DNA from: Erysipelotrichaceae bacterium
GTDB lineage: Bacteria > Bacillota_I > Bacilli_A > ML615J-28 > CAG-313
Direction of reading: 5' to 3'
Assembly (NCBI GenBank): GCA_015059015.1
Contig: SVBG01000001.1
Location: forward strand, 10,026-74,025
Length of the DNA stretch: 64,000 bases
Position numbers and translations under genes: made by a program. Of this stretch, positions 41,101 through 49,392 are shown piece by piece. Position 1 is the stretch's first letter, and each line of letters begins with the position of its first letter. Under the pieces are notes generated by a model. That model did no database searches and was not told the origin of the DNA. It was given only the letters and a program-made list of their open reading frames with translations.

Positions 41101-44100
41101 GATGAGTTAGGTGATGACGTTAATGCAATCTTTGATTTAGTTAAAGAAGTTATTAATGCTGATCTTAACGGAATCTTAAAAGGTATGATCTTTAATGATG
41201 ATGTTGAAGATTTATTTACTAATGCAATTAATACAATCGCTAATCTAAATCTTCTTAATGAAAGATTTGATGACCTTGCATTAGTTATTGCAGATGATCT
41301 AGATTCTAAACGTGTTGGTAATTACTACTTTGATAAATCATTATATAACTTAACAGACGTAATGTATAAAGAAGATTTACTTGCTGTAATCGATATTATT
41401 ACTGCTGTTTATGATTTCTTTGAAGTTGAAAATATCGCAACACTAGGTGATGCTAAAGAACACTTTGGTAATAAATCTAATATTACTGCTTTATTAAAGA
41501 ACACTACTCAAGTTAATAATCTTGAAAATATTATTAAATTAGTTACTGAACTTACATTTGCTAAATACAATATCTTACCTGTTTATAATGAAGCATTACA
41601 AAGTAAATTTGCTGAATTAATCGGTGCTGAACTTGCTGATGCAACAAGTGTATATGCTACAAGTGAAGAAATGATTAATGACATTGTAAGAGGTCTTGAT
41701 GTATTAAGAGATTTAATTGATCTTGGTGCATTTGATGCATTAGCTGGTGCTGAAATTAACTTTGATCAAGCTGATCTTGTTAAGAAACTTCTTGCTGATA
41801 TTGCTTTAGTTGAATATGTAAATGTTCAAAAACAAAATATTTTAGAATTTGTTGATAGTAAAGTTAGATTTGATCTATCACAATTAGATATTTCATCAAT
41901 GGATTTAGTTAATGATTTAACTGTATTTGGTGAAATGTATGAACAACTAATCCCAGTTCTATTATCTGAACATAATCCGTTTACAACTGTATCTGCTATT
42001 AAGGCACTTACAATTGCTAAATCTGATTTATATGCCCTTATTTATGATTATCAATCAATTTATCCATCAGTTGTAACATTATTAAGCGAAGTTTCTATTG
42101 CTCCACAATTAGTTAAATTTGCTGCTGATAAAGTGGAAAATAGATTAACTGGAATTGCTAAACAACTTGTTGTGACTCTTGATGTAGAAAATGCTAGTGA
42201 TGCAGATATTATTGAAGACCTTGTTGCTGGTGCTATAGTATTAGGCTATGTTGAAGATCTTGACTTATTAAGAAAAGTTCTTTACAAAGAAGATATTACA
42301 GTTACTGACAATGAAACAATTGCTGCTTTAGTTGCAAGTGTATTTGAATTAAATATTGTTGACAACAAGTTTGTTGAACTAGTTGAAGTTGTTCTTGAAG
42401 AAGTTCTTCATTTAGACTTAACTGGTCTTGACTTAAATGTTAATGATATTGATGAAGAACAAGAACTTATTGTTGAACTTGTTAACAATGGTATTATTGT
42501 TATGAATGATTTAGGTGCTCTAAACTTATCAGACGTTAAGCCATTAATTAAAGATATTAAGAATACTTTAGTTAATAACTATAAGAAATTAAATGGCAAT
42601 AGAATTCTTGATATTGTTGATGCATTAGTACAATCTGAATTATTCGAACAACTTGCAATTCCTACATATGAACAAAAAGTTTATCCTAAACTTTCTGGCA
42701 CATTAGCTGTTGCTGGAGATATTAGTGGTTACTCTCAAGAACAATTTGTTGAAGACTTAGCATTAATTGCTGTAATGACTAATGATATGAAAGTTTCTGG
42801 ACTTGCTGAGTTAATCTTTGATTCAGTTACTCCTGAAAGAACTTGTATCCCATATGTAGAAAGAATCATTAGAAATCTATGCATGTTAAATATTGTTGAA
42901 GTTAAGAAGGCTGATGTTCCTACTTGTCTTCAAGCTGTATTAGATAAATTAGGTTTAACTTCATTTATTAGAAAATATGATAAAGACTTTGATTTAGCTA
43001 AGTATGATTTATCTAATGTAAACTTTAAGTCAGATGCTGATATCTTTGCATCTATGGCTCAACAAGTATACGTTGTAATTGAATCATTAGTTGAAAGCAA
43101 ATATACTTCTAAATTCTTTGCAGATAGAGATGCTATGATAGCTCTTGTTGAAATGTATGAAATTTCACTTGATACTACATTTGTTAAGACATTTGCTGCT
43201 AAAGCATTAAATGCTGTTAGCAAAGTTGCTAATAAAGTTAATGCTACTGTTAATGAAGATGATGAAGCAGTTCTAATTAACATCGCTAACTTCCTATATG
43301 GTTTAGTTGACTTAGGTGTTGTTGGTGCTGATGCTATCGATTTCACTGATAAAGATACTGTTAATATGATGGTTCAATCTATTCATAATAGTATTACACT
43401 TCCTGAAAAAGCTAAGACTTTAATTGATAAAGTTGCTTCAAGAATGTATGCTTACGGTGTTGTTCCATTTGATTGGGATGCAGTTTCTATTAAGTCTGAA
43501 TTAAAACTTGTTAAAGAACTTATTTCACAAGTTACTTCATTCGAACATGAATTTAAGTTAGTTACACTTGTAAATCCTGATGCACAAGTTGATATCGATC
43601 AAATGATTTATACAATTAGTGATTCTTCATTTGTTGAACAATTATTCTTCCCATTCGTTGAAGGTACGTTTAAAGCATTAACATTAGGTTATACTGATGG
43701 TGAAATGGTTTATGGTGCTACACTTGATGATGTATTAGAATACTCACTTCCTAACTTCTGGAAAGTAGTTGATGCAGTATATGATATTACAGAATTTAAT
43801 ACTGCTAATATTAACGCAAACAACGTTTTAGCTAACCTAGATGCTGTTAGAGAAATTGTTGAAGTATTCGGAACTGATATTATGTTAAAAGATAATGTTG
43901 CTAAGATTATCGCTACAGGTATTGGTAAATATACTAGTCATGATTTATCAGATGCACAATTAGCTAAATTACTTGCAATTGACTTTGAAAATGAAGTTCA
44001 ATATTCAGATGCATTCTTTACTGCATTAGAAGATACATATAATAATTATCCATTCTCATTAGATAAATCTATGTTAAAAGATGCTAATGTTGTTAAAGGA

Positions 44101-45822
44101 TTAGCTGATGCTATTGAAGAAATCTTACCTAGTGAAACTATTAAAGTTCTTGGAAGAATTGCAATGAAGATTGCTAATAATCGTGTTATTGCTGATAGAC
44201 TTGGTGATGCTTCAGAAATTATTAATGATCGTCTAAATGATGATGCATATACTGATGAATTAATCGTTGATGATTTATATATGTTTGTTGAAATCCTAAG
44301 AAATGCTGCTGATTCTGGTATTTTAAATAATAGAACAGACTTTGCAAGTTGGGATATGACTGCAATTAGACATATTGTTACTTTATGCTTCGATACTAAC
44401 TTAGCTAATGGTTGTGAAAATGAACTTGCTGAAGCTTGTATTGATATCATTCCTGGTATTGATGAATATTATGACTCTTCAGTTGTAATTCCTAACTGGG
44501 AAACTGAAATTAATACAATTATTGATGTTATTGAAAGCTTAAAGAATGATGGTATTTATGATTTAGAATCTGCTAATGTTGATCAATTAAGCGGTACAAC
44601 TATTGAATATATTAATGACTCAATTATCTTATCTGATATTTTAGTTGATGCAATTAATGATAAACTAGTTGAATTAGATTTAGATCAATATTATGTAGCT
44701 ACTAAAGAAAAATTAGATCTTGTAGTTGATTGGGATGTAGAACTTGATGCAATTAGAGACTTAAATGATATCTTAGATTCATTTGATAATGGAACATATG
44801 TATTTAGTGAAGTTGTAAATGTTTATAACAACATTAGAACTAATACTGTATTAGTTAATGATATTGTTGTAAGCAGTGCTGAATATGTTGTACCTAAGAT
44901 GCCAGTTGTTAAAGGTTACTACAATGATTCTATCGCTATTGATAATTGGACTAATGAAATGGATGCAATCGTTGCTGCTCTTGAACAATTAGATGCTTGT
45001 GGTGTTGATACAATTGATGATCCACTAGATACTAGAATTACTGGTGATTTAATGTGTGCATTAATTCAATCAAAGATTATTGTAAATGGTCTAGTTCAAG
45101 AAATTAACGAAAGCTTAGTTAATAATGATTTAGATACTTATGCTGTTACTGCTGATGATGTTTTAATGGTTCAAACTCCTGCTGAATGGGAAAAAGAACT
45201 TGCTGCATTAAGAAAGATTGAATCTGTAGGTATCTTAAACTCTAAAGATGATTTAACAGACGAAGATAGACAAAATGTTATTGATACAGTTAAATCAATT
45301 AAAGGTACTATCTTATGTGATAAAGTATTATCTGAATCTGCTGAAACATTAGTTCCTAAACTACCTGTAATTAAGAATTATCCTGAAACTCTAACAGGTA
45401 TTTATGGTGATGAATGGTCAGTTGAATTACATATCATTATTGATGCATTAGATGTATTACCTATTGATATTACTACAGTTGAAAATCCAATTGAAAAATT
45501 AACTGGTGAAATGATGGTAGCTTCATTAAAATCTAAGATTTTAACTAGAGCAATTACACTTGAATTTAACCATCAATTAGTTAATTTAAATTTACCATTT
45601 ACAGTTGCTGAAAGTGATTTAACATCTATTACAACTGCTGCTGAATGGGATACTGAACTTGACACAATTCTTGAAATCAAGGAAGTATTAGATAACTATC
45701 AACTTGGTACTGTAACTCTTCCTCAAGTTGTTACTCTATACAATAAAGTAGTTGCTGAAACTGTTCTTGCTGAAAAGATTTTAGTTAAGGCATTAGATGA
45801 TAGAGGTATTACTATTGCATAA
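32149..45822 (+). CDS. Giant (4557 aa) acidic repeat protein with an N-terminal CvpA-like 4-TM domain; function unknown; paralogous to the 23127 gene
   Basis: A single uninterrupted 13.7-kb ORF. The N-terminal TM helices carry LLGCFAGLKKEL and SGVARGAMLIIGTLVMFIL, which are CvpA-like. The remainder is D/E/L/V/I/N/A-rich with a recurring helical module of about 150 aa containing (V/I)(D/N)W(S/D/K)(K/E)(D/E) and LP(V/I) motifs. Confidence 0.7.
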   Translation: MMDFNLILLLVGLGLLVLVAVFVLLGCFAGLKKELKCTAIGFVVLLLTLLVFGNSSTILDFNGSLLKDFIQGIPSSAETVWDCILALVQTKVPGGAEIFAEGTKSYAFLYSVVSGVARGAMLIIGTLVMFILCTIGLGIYRLVSRIVAHNKAKKRAEAGVEEPAPEQDKVMNDNVLVAQSEAGDDEGVMITANKEPVKPGSGKHRGWAGALAGLRAVIAIIFLFAPVSGVCSILDEISPETETLINESLSGNKQNTAASETILDVVLDFKDAYYDSAVGKFIEGSKFFFGESFSLQLFDSAFVIEGDKNNIVVREEAIVFVDAVNALEGNLDLKKLEYSQIANALDELKDSKLLVEAMPVAIETAYYYPINAKGNIKLMGSNESLKDLLFAAKQQAAFLELRQVDWDKNIEILLDTVKEAYKLGVLEDDFNFLTMDPEQLSATVEVLLKSDAVNSLLNIAVQTALKLDVVKNAVGELPAADLSDFSWKEEFETIIDIYEIFQGLEITSLNNLDIKALVSEIVNDEDKLEIVADIVKEVTELQLVNKVGYDALLGYVSNMSHVVNAGDDVVKAVKDLKDVNWSNDINIYVEAAIEALPLIEIGDDLKINVDYLNLDVDTIRNVLDILFTTESFEKVLPIGASVGLNIALSNEKVIGFLGDIKVELDTSAINWKQEVTTLVDAYDEFQDLGIKSLEEVDKVLLTQILNDSKKVEIIENVIEKVTELQLLKEVVYGVAIEYVLNIKTIQDQGTDLVETLTELKEYDWSKDINVYVDAAIAALPLVDIEYGFEIKIDILNLDAAQLQVVVDTLFNAESFEKLLPVVANIGLDKALSNEKVKEIIGEEKIVYDTSNVNWKQDFTSLVNIYSTFQVLDINSPEDFNDMLAVAKRILDSDEKCDAVESILLQLVDMTIYEGVVIPFADAAVTNLISTRASNFEGILDITKLNKDAWKNDFTDLVAIARNVYEICGLEFKLENIDFEVLCGVLGTETVELLFNLNLLDGNETKNQLVIAVLKQFNVFDEEQLANVDLSEVIWVSNGEYSEVANFQEILTILGKMLEVKGFDLNNLKFNYNDILADENVYGYAVDLLDVVVDSELILALMPNILDKYVVPQVEKWDDEDATLNQIITGLDSEELVLEVQKLVDVVKAVVDLNVLNYEDEGIQGIDFGNTDALRTIVNGIFDSKLLEGYESRVVRILLKVTNLFPDLAKGTFDNVDFDSEQAILIAAIDALEVVLKDENFLTFDENGKFKLDKEFYLKDETLDAFLNTLKALFGEYKEGGSVYGSEIVEILLPDLFEKFVAKLIPEQFDELMAILNIDGANPGLLADDVRKVIYIAELLIDEKVQSYLLGNDYNFANIIDALQEVVVTVFNLNMVNGSEAELMAWALNYVQSVAKLNVGTFTAEDFANVDWDKEVVAINTVLNDVVKFTNINKISTVNKVIEFIKNKDFLKDDFYQTYNINVIFDTIEDIFDLQTIEYTLPVVLEYALNLAKEKNFDVSFLGDNMTGELLVEDVMSIVEALKVAVYDIEILEYKKANWTGDLPEVEYVVEILDIIVNLNILENKEKQLLRYLVDKFIPTNPYVKVSDFVFDLHYDFDADYEIIKEALPLIYELIYANNMTKIEQVKAFFTEKWYMNTDLVKDYNISLACDLVELLSDLQLVEQALFGLANNLPELDALTKIGDFSSLKTLSRRELVNDLKTLVSIVRQGLDANLLDYYEYKDLDYIDYEALAGIIETVGTLNTVKYCGSDILPEVLNYLVSKNAKLNIDYTFTKADFADVDWEEETIILGQVLVETGALLNNINLDSLSDILLFINHKDYLDTTIYTDANAKQVVNILDIAVESEVIKAVGIVGFEYALDFAKDKGFDITFLKGKLTSDELISDLDVIVEIALNAIEFGAVEYVVTKNINNIDTTYLVNIVALLEELNILKCAQPEWTELVVSKVAPLLKLELKVNAAKYRFINFADENVLLQEAIILIGQILENENIHSIDEIKQFIGNKDYLDINAYKDEVIANVQDLLVLATESDILGVHLIELFDYAISLASSKTNYDLSFMEDVVTTSELQADIRKLVEISDYLVEFGIVELILLGDVTINLDPIIEVVPLLEEVNLLTKTNDYIAEIVYNIILPKIGLKSVDVEHFEDIDFAKENAVLVKVLEEVKVLLELEDFTTVSDVVSFVKNKEYLYSDKYEQTFNSDAVESMFRLVQLAVSSELVQLELVPLFNYGVTKLAEKVDVAFLEDSVKTSELVSDVDVLIKIARLAIEFGALEYVFTKDIEVVNLEPVIEIVALLEELNIAKNSNRQLSAFVFNLIYDKLGINKDANELAKAKQGRSSKVKPSEFVYVNFASENVILQDALEVVSLLQADFGLTSLNDIIEFVNNKEYTKIKEFSAATYTHALDLINVATISALVQYALPTLADFGLDKASAKGYDFTYLSGVFTGAELANDIRVLAKEAVFWLRDNNILSVLDNKAVEAYYFDELAETIKALKDVNILNYEQATLVTKLTNLIYDKAFKYEGTIDETYFNGINWDVEFDNVAALLVELGDIAETFGIEYDLLSLDGLKAFKANAKNLEIYNDEELLNNLADVLSVLGNSSALLSELEFAEEYLISKLAAKDITLNSIYTSKEGLAEDLTALIDVLNVVYPSNVLGFATGKEELNQAYVVELVAAVESVLNMNLLANSKADILDVVFDKLGINVEKEKLDAIVWDNAETEVIGDLLLAVNDLMVELEVLTIEDVKGINVKEYLTVNYETNDRLAAISAVIKVVLESKLVEASLFGISEKYLNGEKVSGYADLHVIYTDVAQVKEDLTKLAATIDAVIELDLCSFLVEGSNIPYEKKAAIETIINNVFTLNYLNNEGRVTELIAKVSPIDTSSVDFSNVNLVSDAQLLIEAYEELFPILTSDEFFLKTKNDMKSITKDDLMFLTNDENMPSVKAALNNILDTTLVTETNGAIFLLVVPLIKNAAPKYYEALDPERLTIDELGDDVNAIFDLVKEVINADLNGILKGMIFNDDVEDLFTNAINTIANLNLLNERFDDLALVIADDLDSKRVGNYYFDKSLYNLTDVMYKEDLLAVIDIITAVYDFFEVENIATLGDAKEHFGNKSNITALLKNTTQVNNLENIIKLVTELTFAKYNILPVYNEALQSKFAELIGAELADATSVYATSEEMINDIVRGLDVLRDLIDLGAFDALAGAEINFDQADLVKKLLADIALVEYVNVQKQNILEFVDSKVRFDLSQLDISSMDLVNDLTVFGEMYEQLIPVLLSEHNPFTTVSAIKALTIAKSDLYALIYDYQSIYPSVVTLLSEVSIAPQLVKFAADKVENRLTGIAKQLVVTLDVENASDADIIEDLVAGAIVLGYVEDLDLLRKVLYKEDITVTDNETIAALVASVFELNIVDNKFVELVEVVLEEVLHLDLTGLDLNVNDIDEEQELIVELVNNGIIVMNDLGALNLSDVKPLIKDIKNTLVNNYKKLNGNRILDIVDALVQSELFEQLAIPTYEQKVYPKLSGTLAVAGDISGYSQEQFVEDLALIAVMTNDMKVSGLAELIFDSVTPERTCIPYVERIIRNLCMLNIVEVKKADVPTCLQAVLDKLGLTSFIRKYDKDFDLAKYDLSNVNFKSDADIFASMAQQVYVVIESLVESKYTSKFFADRDAMIALVEMYEISLDTTFVKTFAAKALNAVSKVANKVNATVNEDDEAVLINIANFLYGLVDLGVVGADAIDFTDKDTVNMMVQSIHNSITLPEKAKTLIDKVASRMYAYGVVPFDWDAVSIKSELKLVKELISQVTSFEHEFKLVTLVNPDAQVDIDQMIYTISDSSFVEQLFFPFVEGTFKALTLGYTDGEMVYGATLDDVLEYSLPNFWKVVDAVYDITEFNTANINANNVLANLDAVREIVEVFGTDIMLKDNVAKIIATGIGKYTSHDLSDAQLAKLLAIDFENEVQYSDAFFTALEDTYNNYPFSLDKSMLKDANVVKGLADAIEEILPSETIKVLGRIAMKIANNRVIADRLGDASEIINDRLNDDAYTDELIVDDLYMFVEILRNAADSGILNNRTDFASWDMTAIRHIVTLCFDTNLANGCENELAEACIDIIPGIDEYYDSSVVIPNWETEINTIIDVIESLKNDGIYDLESANVDQLSGTTIEYINDSIILSDILVDAINDKLVELDLDQYYVATKEKLDLVVDWDVELDAIRDLNDILDSFDNGTYVFSEVVNVYNNIRTNTVLVNDIVVSSAEYVVPKMPVVKGYYNDSIAIDNWTNEMDAIVAALEQLDACGVDTIDDPLDTRITGDLMCALIQSKIIVNGLVQEINESLVNNDLDTYAVTADDVLMVQTPAEWEKELAALRKIESVGILNSKDDLTDEDRQNVIDTVKSIKGTILCDKVLSESAETLVPKLPVIKNYPETLTGIYGDEWSVELHIIIDALDVLPIDITTVENPIEKLTGEMMVASLKSKILTRAITLEFNHQLVNLNLPFTVAESDLTSITTAAEWDTELDTILEIKEVLDNYQLGTVTLPQVVTLYNKVVAETVLAEKILVKALDDRGITIA
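33800..35000 (+). repeat. Best-preserved tandem copies of the ~450-bp (150-aa) module inside the giant gene
   Basis: VKDLKDVNWSNDINIYVEAAIEALPLIEIGDD...LDTSAINWKQEVTTLVDAYDEFQDLGIKSLEEVDK is followed by LTELKEYDWSKDINVYVDAAIAALPLVDIEYG...YDTSNVNWKQDFTSLVNIYSTFQVLDINSPEDFND. Many further degenerate copies lie downstream. Confidence 0.6.
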
Positions 45823-45832
45823 GTAATAAAAA

Positions 45833-45869
45833 TTAGAAGCATTCATATTTTATGAGTGCTTCTTTTTTT
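45833..45869 (+). terminator. Rho-independent terminator of the giant gene
   Basis: agaagcattcatattttatgagtgcttct followed by ttttttt. Confidence 0.6.
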
Positions 45870-45894
45870 GCTTGAAAAGATAAATGCCTACTAT

Positions 45895-45923
45895 TTGACA
45901 AAACAGTAATATTTTGATATAAT
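45895..45923 (+). promoter_or_regulatory. Consensus sigma-A promoter of rpmE
   Basis: TTGACA-17 nt-TATAAT; the leader that follows contains the hairpin ccatggtttgacgtgaaaaccatgg before the RBS GGAAGGAGAG. Confidence 0.6.
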
Positions 45924-45985
45924 ATATTCGTAAAATAAACTTACTATGGTTTGACGTGAAAACCATGGCGGAAGGAGAGTAAAGC

Positions 45986-46210
45986 ATGAAAAAAGGGATT
46001 CATCCTCAATATAACAAAGTAACTGTTGTTTGCGTATCATGTGGTAATACATTTGAATCAGGATCAACTAATAAGGAAGTACGTGTTGATACATGTTCTA
46101 AATGTCATCCATTCTATACTGGTGAACAAAAGTTTGCTCAAGCTGCTGGACGTGTTGACCGTTTCAACAAACGTGTTGCTGCTGCTCAAGCTAAAAAAGA
46201 AGGTAAATAA
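45986..46210 (+). CDS. rpmE: 50S ribosomal protein L31 (zinc-ribbon type)
   Basis: [28 protein letters not shown]...[10 protein letters not shown]...RVDRFNKR, with CxxC...CxxC motifs; 74 aa. Confidence 0.9.
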   Translation: MKKGIHPQYNKVTVVCVSCGNTFESGSTNKEVRVDTCSKCHPFYTGEQKFAQAAGRVDRFNKRVAAAQAKKEGK

Positions 46211-46215
46211 TAAAT

Positions 46216-46250
46216 TAAGACTTAAAAGCAATTTTTAAGTCTTTTTTTTA
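46216..46250 (+). terminator. Rho-independent terminator of rpmE
   Basis: aagacttaaaagcaatttttaagtct followed by tttttttt. Confidence 0.65.
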
Positions 46251-46301
46251 TTTGATTAAAAAACTTAATTATGCTATACTATAATAAAGGAAAAGAGTAT
46301 T

Positions 46302-48071
46302 ATGTTAATAAATGCATTTAATATAACAATTAAATATCTAGATAAAGTACTATTTAAAGATGCTTCATTCGTTATTAATGATACTGATAAAATAGGGTTA
46401 CTTGGAATTAATGGTGCAGGAAAGAGCACTCTTATTAAAGCAATCATAGGTGATGCTGAACTAGATAGTGGTATTATTTCAAAGAAGAAAGATTTAAAAA
46501 TAGGATACCTTCCACAAGAATCTAATTTTAATGAACTTGATACTATATTTGAAGCATTTAATAAATGTGTTAAAGTAGAAGAATTTGTTGCGAAATCTAT
46601 GTTATCTAAAATGGGATTAAGTGATTATAATCGTATCGTATCTACATTATCAGGCGGTGAAAAGAAACGACTTGGTTTATCAATCGCATTATGTGAAGAT
46701 GTGGACTTACTCATATTAGATGAACCAACAAATCATTTAGATATATGGATGATTAATTGGTTAGAAAAATTCTTGATTAAATATAATCGTGGATTATTAC
46801 TTGTTACACATGATAGATACTTTTTAGAACGTGTTACTTCTAAAACAATGGAAATAGAACATGGTAATATTTACTTATATGATGCTAATTATTCTAAGTT
46901 CTTAGATTTAAAAGCAGAGCGACTTTTAGAAAAAGAAGCATATGAAAGAAAATTATCTGCCCTATTTAAAAAAGAAGCTGCTTGGGCAGCGATGAACCCT
47001 CAAGCAAGAACTACTAAAAGTACTGAACGTCTTGCAAGATTTAAAAAACTAGAAGAAGAAACGCGTGCTATTCATGCTGAACTTGTATCAAGTAAAGAAC
47101 TAGAACTCTCGAGTGTTAAAACTAGAATGGGAAAAACAACTATTGAAATTGAAAATATTTCTAAAAGCATTAAAGGTGAAACTTTATTTAAAAACTTCTC
47201 TTATAATGTTAAAAAATTTGATAGACTTGGAATTGTTGGAGAAAACGGTGCAGGTAAAACTACGCTCTTTAAATCAATTCTGGGGCTAATTCCGGTTGAT
47301 TTTGGAACGATTACAATAGGTAAGACAATTAATATAGGGTACTTTGCACAAGAAATGCCTGATTTTAATAAAAACATCAAAATGATTGATTATTTAAAAT
47401 CTTTTGGTGAATATGTTGAAACAATTAATGGAAAACTATCAGCTTCTCAAATGCTAGAAAATTACCTATTTCCACCTTCAATTCAACAACAACAATTATG
47501 TAGACTTTCTGGTGGAGAAAAAAGAAGATTGCAACTGTTAACAGTTCTAATGAAAAACCCTAATGTTTTATTTTTAGATGAACCCACAAATGATTTAGAT
47601 GTATATACTTTAGAAATATTAGAAAACTATTTAGAATCATTTATGGGGGCTGTAATTGTAGTTAGTCATGATAGATATTTCTTAGATAAAGTTGCTGACC
47701 ATTTATTGGTACTTGAAAATAATGAAATAAAAGAGTATAATGGTATCGTAAGTGATTATATATCACAAAACCCTAAAGTTTCTATTGAAAAGGAAAAAAA
47801 CAAAAAAGAAGTATTAAACATCCCTAGATTTACTTCCCAAGAAAAGAAAGAATTTGATAACATAGAAAATGTTATTGAAGAAATAGAAAATAAAATAAAA
47901 CTGTTAAAAGAAGAACAAATTGTTTATTCAACTGATTATCAAAAATTAATTGAACTTAACGAACAAATAGAAGAATTAGAAATTCTTCTTTTAGAAAAGT
48001 TAGAACGCTGGGAATATTTAAATAATATAAATGAACAAATAATAGAATACAGAAATAATAAATATAAATAA
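46302..48071 (+). CDS. ABC-F family ATPase (tandem ABC domains, no TM domain, C-terminal coiled coil; Uup/EttA-like)
   Basis: Two Walker A motifs (GINGAGKST and GENGAGKTT), two ABC signature motifs (LSGGEKKRL and LSGGEKRRL), and a Glu/Lys-rich coiled-coil tail. Confidence 0.85.
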   Translation: MLINAFNITIKYLDKVLFKDASFVINDTDKIGLLGINGAGKSTLIKAIIGDAELDSGIISKKKDLKIGYLPQESNFNELDTIFEAFNKCVKVEEFVAKSMLSKMGLSDYNRIVSTLSGGEKKRLGLSIALCEDVDLLILDEPTNHLDIWMINWLEKFLIKYNRGLLLVTHDRYFLERVTSKTMEIEHGNIYLYDANYSKFLDLKAERLLEKEAYERKLSALFKKEAAWAAMNPQARTTKSTERLARFKKLEEETRAIHAELVSSKELELSSVKTRMGKTTIEIENISKSIKGETLFKNFSYNVKKFDRLGIVGENGAGKTTLFKSILGLIPVDFGTITIGKTINIGYFAQEMPDFNKNIKMIDYLKSFGEYVETINGKLSASQMLENYLFPPSIQQQQLCRLSGGEKRRLQLLTVLMKNPNVLFLDEPTNDLDVYTLEILENYLESFMGAVIVVSHDRYFLDKVADHLLVLENNEIKEYNGIVSDYISQNPKVSIEKEKNKKEVLNIPRFTSQEKKEFDNIENVIEEIENKIKLLKEEQIVYSTDYQKLIELNEQIEELEILLLEKLERWEYLNNINEQIIEYRNNKYK

Positions 48072-48083
48072 AGGAAAGATATT

Positions 48084-49367
48084 ATGGAAAAATATGTAAA
48101 TGAATTACTGAATTTTATAGAAAGTTCTCCATCTGTTTATCACAATATTCATTTAATAAAAGCTATTTTAAAGAATTTTAAATTTATTGAATTAAGTGAA
48201 GACAAAAAATGGGACTTAGTTCCTAATCAGTCATATTATGTTGTACGTGGTGGTGCATCTATTATTGCGTTTAAAGTACCAGATGTAAAAAATGGTTTTC
48301 ATATTGTTGCAAGCCATAATGATTCACCTAGTTTTAAAATTAAACCAAATGGTGAAATAAGTGCTGGAAGTTTTAAAAAGTTAAATACTGAACCTTATGG
48401 TGGAATGTTGATTAATACTTGGTTTGATAGACCACTTGGTATTGCTGGACGTGTTTTTGTAAAAACACTTGAAGGGGTAGATACACGACTTGTAAATCTA
48501 TCTGGACATAATGTTGTAATACCTAGTCTTGCAGCTCATTTAAAAGGTGGAAATTTAGAATTAAATCTTCAAAATGATTTATTACCAGTAGTAGGACTTA
48601 CAGGTGAAGATAATACATTTATGAACCAATTAAAAAAATGTTCGGTATTTTCTGATGATGAAGAAATCTTATCACATGATTTATTCTTATATAATAAGGA
48701 AAAGGGATGTGTAGCAGGGCTAAATAATGAGCTTATTATGTCTCCGAAACTTGATGATTTAGAATGTGTATTCTCATCACTTGAAGCTTTTTTAGAAGCA
48801 AAACCAAATGAAAATATTTCAGTTTGTGCAATATTTGATAATGAAGAAGTTGGAAGTGGAACAAATCACGGTGCTGCATCTACATTCTTAACTGATGTAT
48901 TAGAAAGAATTTGTAATAGTCTTAATTTAGATAAATATGTTGCTTATGCAAACTCAATGTTAGTATCTGCAGATAACGCACATGCTGTTCATCCAGCACA
49001 TCCTGAAAAAAGTGATCCAACAAATAATGTTCATATGAATAAAGGTGTGGTAATAAAATATCACTCTGCATTTAGTTATACAACAGAAGGATTATCTGCA
49101 AGTATCTTTAAAACAATCTGTGATAAAGCAGGAGTAAAATATCAAGACTATACTAATAGAAGTGATTTAAGAGGTGGTTCAACACTAGGAAGAATCCAAT
49201 TAGAAAAGTTGTCTATAAAAGCACTAGATATTGGCCTTGCACAACTTGCAATGCATTCATCAAATGAAATAGCAGGTGCAAAAGATATTAAAGAAATGGT
49301 ACTTGCACTAAAAGAGTTTTATCAATCTAATATTGAAGTTAATAATACAACATTTATAATTAAATAA
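48084..49367 (+). CDS. M18-family aminopeptidase (aspartyl aminopeptidase-like)
   Basis: HNDSPSFKIKP (the M18 SHxDSP box), a DNEEVGS metal-binding acidic motif, and a HSAFS...GGST region; 427 aa. Confidence 0.75.
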   Translation: MEKYVNELLNFIESSPSVYHNIHLIKAILKNFKFIELSEDKKWDLVPNQSYYVVRGGASIIAFKVPDVKNGFHIVASHNDSPSFKIKPNGEISAGSFKKLNTEPYGGMLINTWFDRPLGIAGRVFVKTLEGVDTRLVNLSGHNVVIPSLAAHLKGGNLELNLQNDLLPVVGLTGEDNTFMNQLKKCSVFSDDEEILSHDLFLYNKEKGCVAGLNNELIMSPKLDDLECVFSSLEAFLEAKPNENISVCAIFDNEEVGSGTNHGAASTFLTDVLERICNSLNLDKYVAYANSMLVSADNAHAVHPAHPEKSDPTNNVHMNKGVVIKYHSAFSYTTEGLSASIFKTICDKAGVKYQDYTNRSDLRGGSTLGRIQLEKLSIKALDIGLAQLAMHSSNEIAGAKDIKEMVLALKEFYQSNIEVNNTTFIIK

Positions 49368-49392
49368 AAAAGAAAAGAGAAAGGATGAAAAA

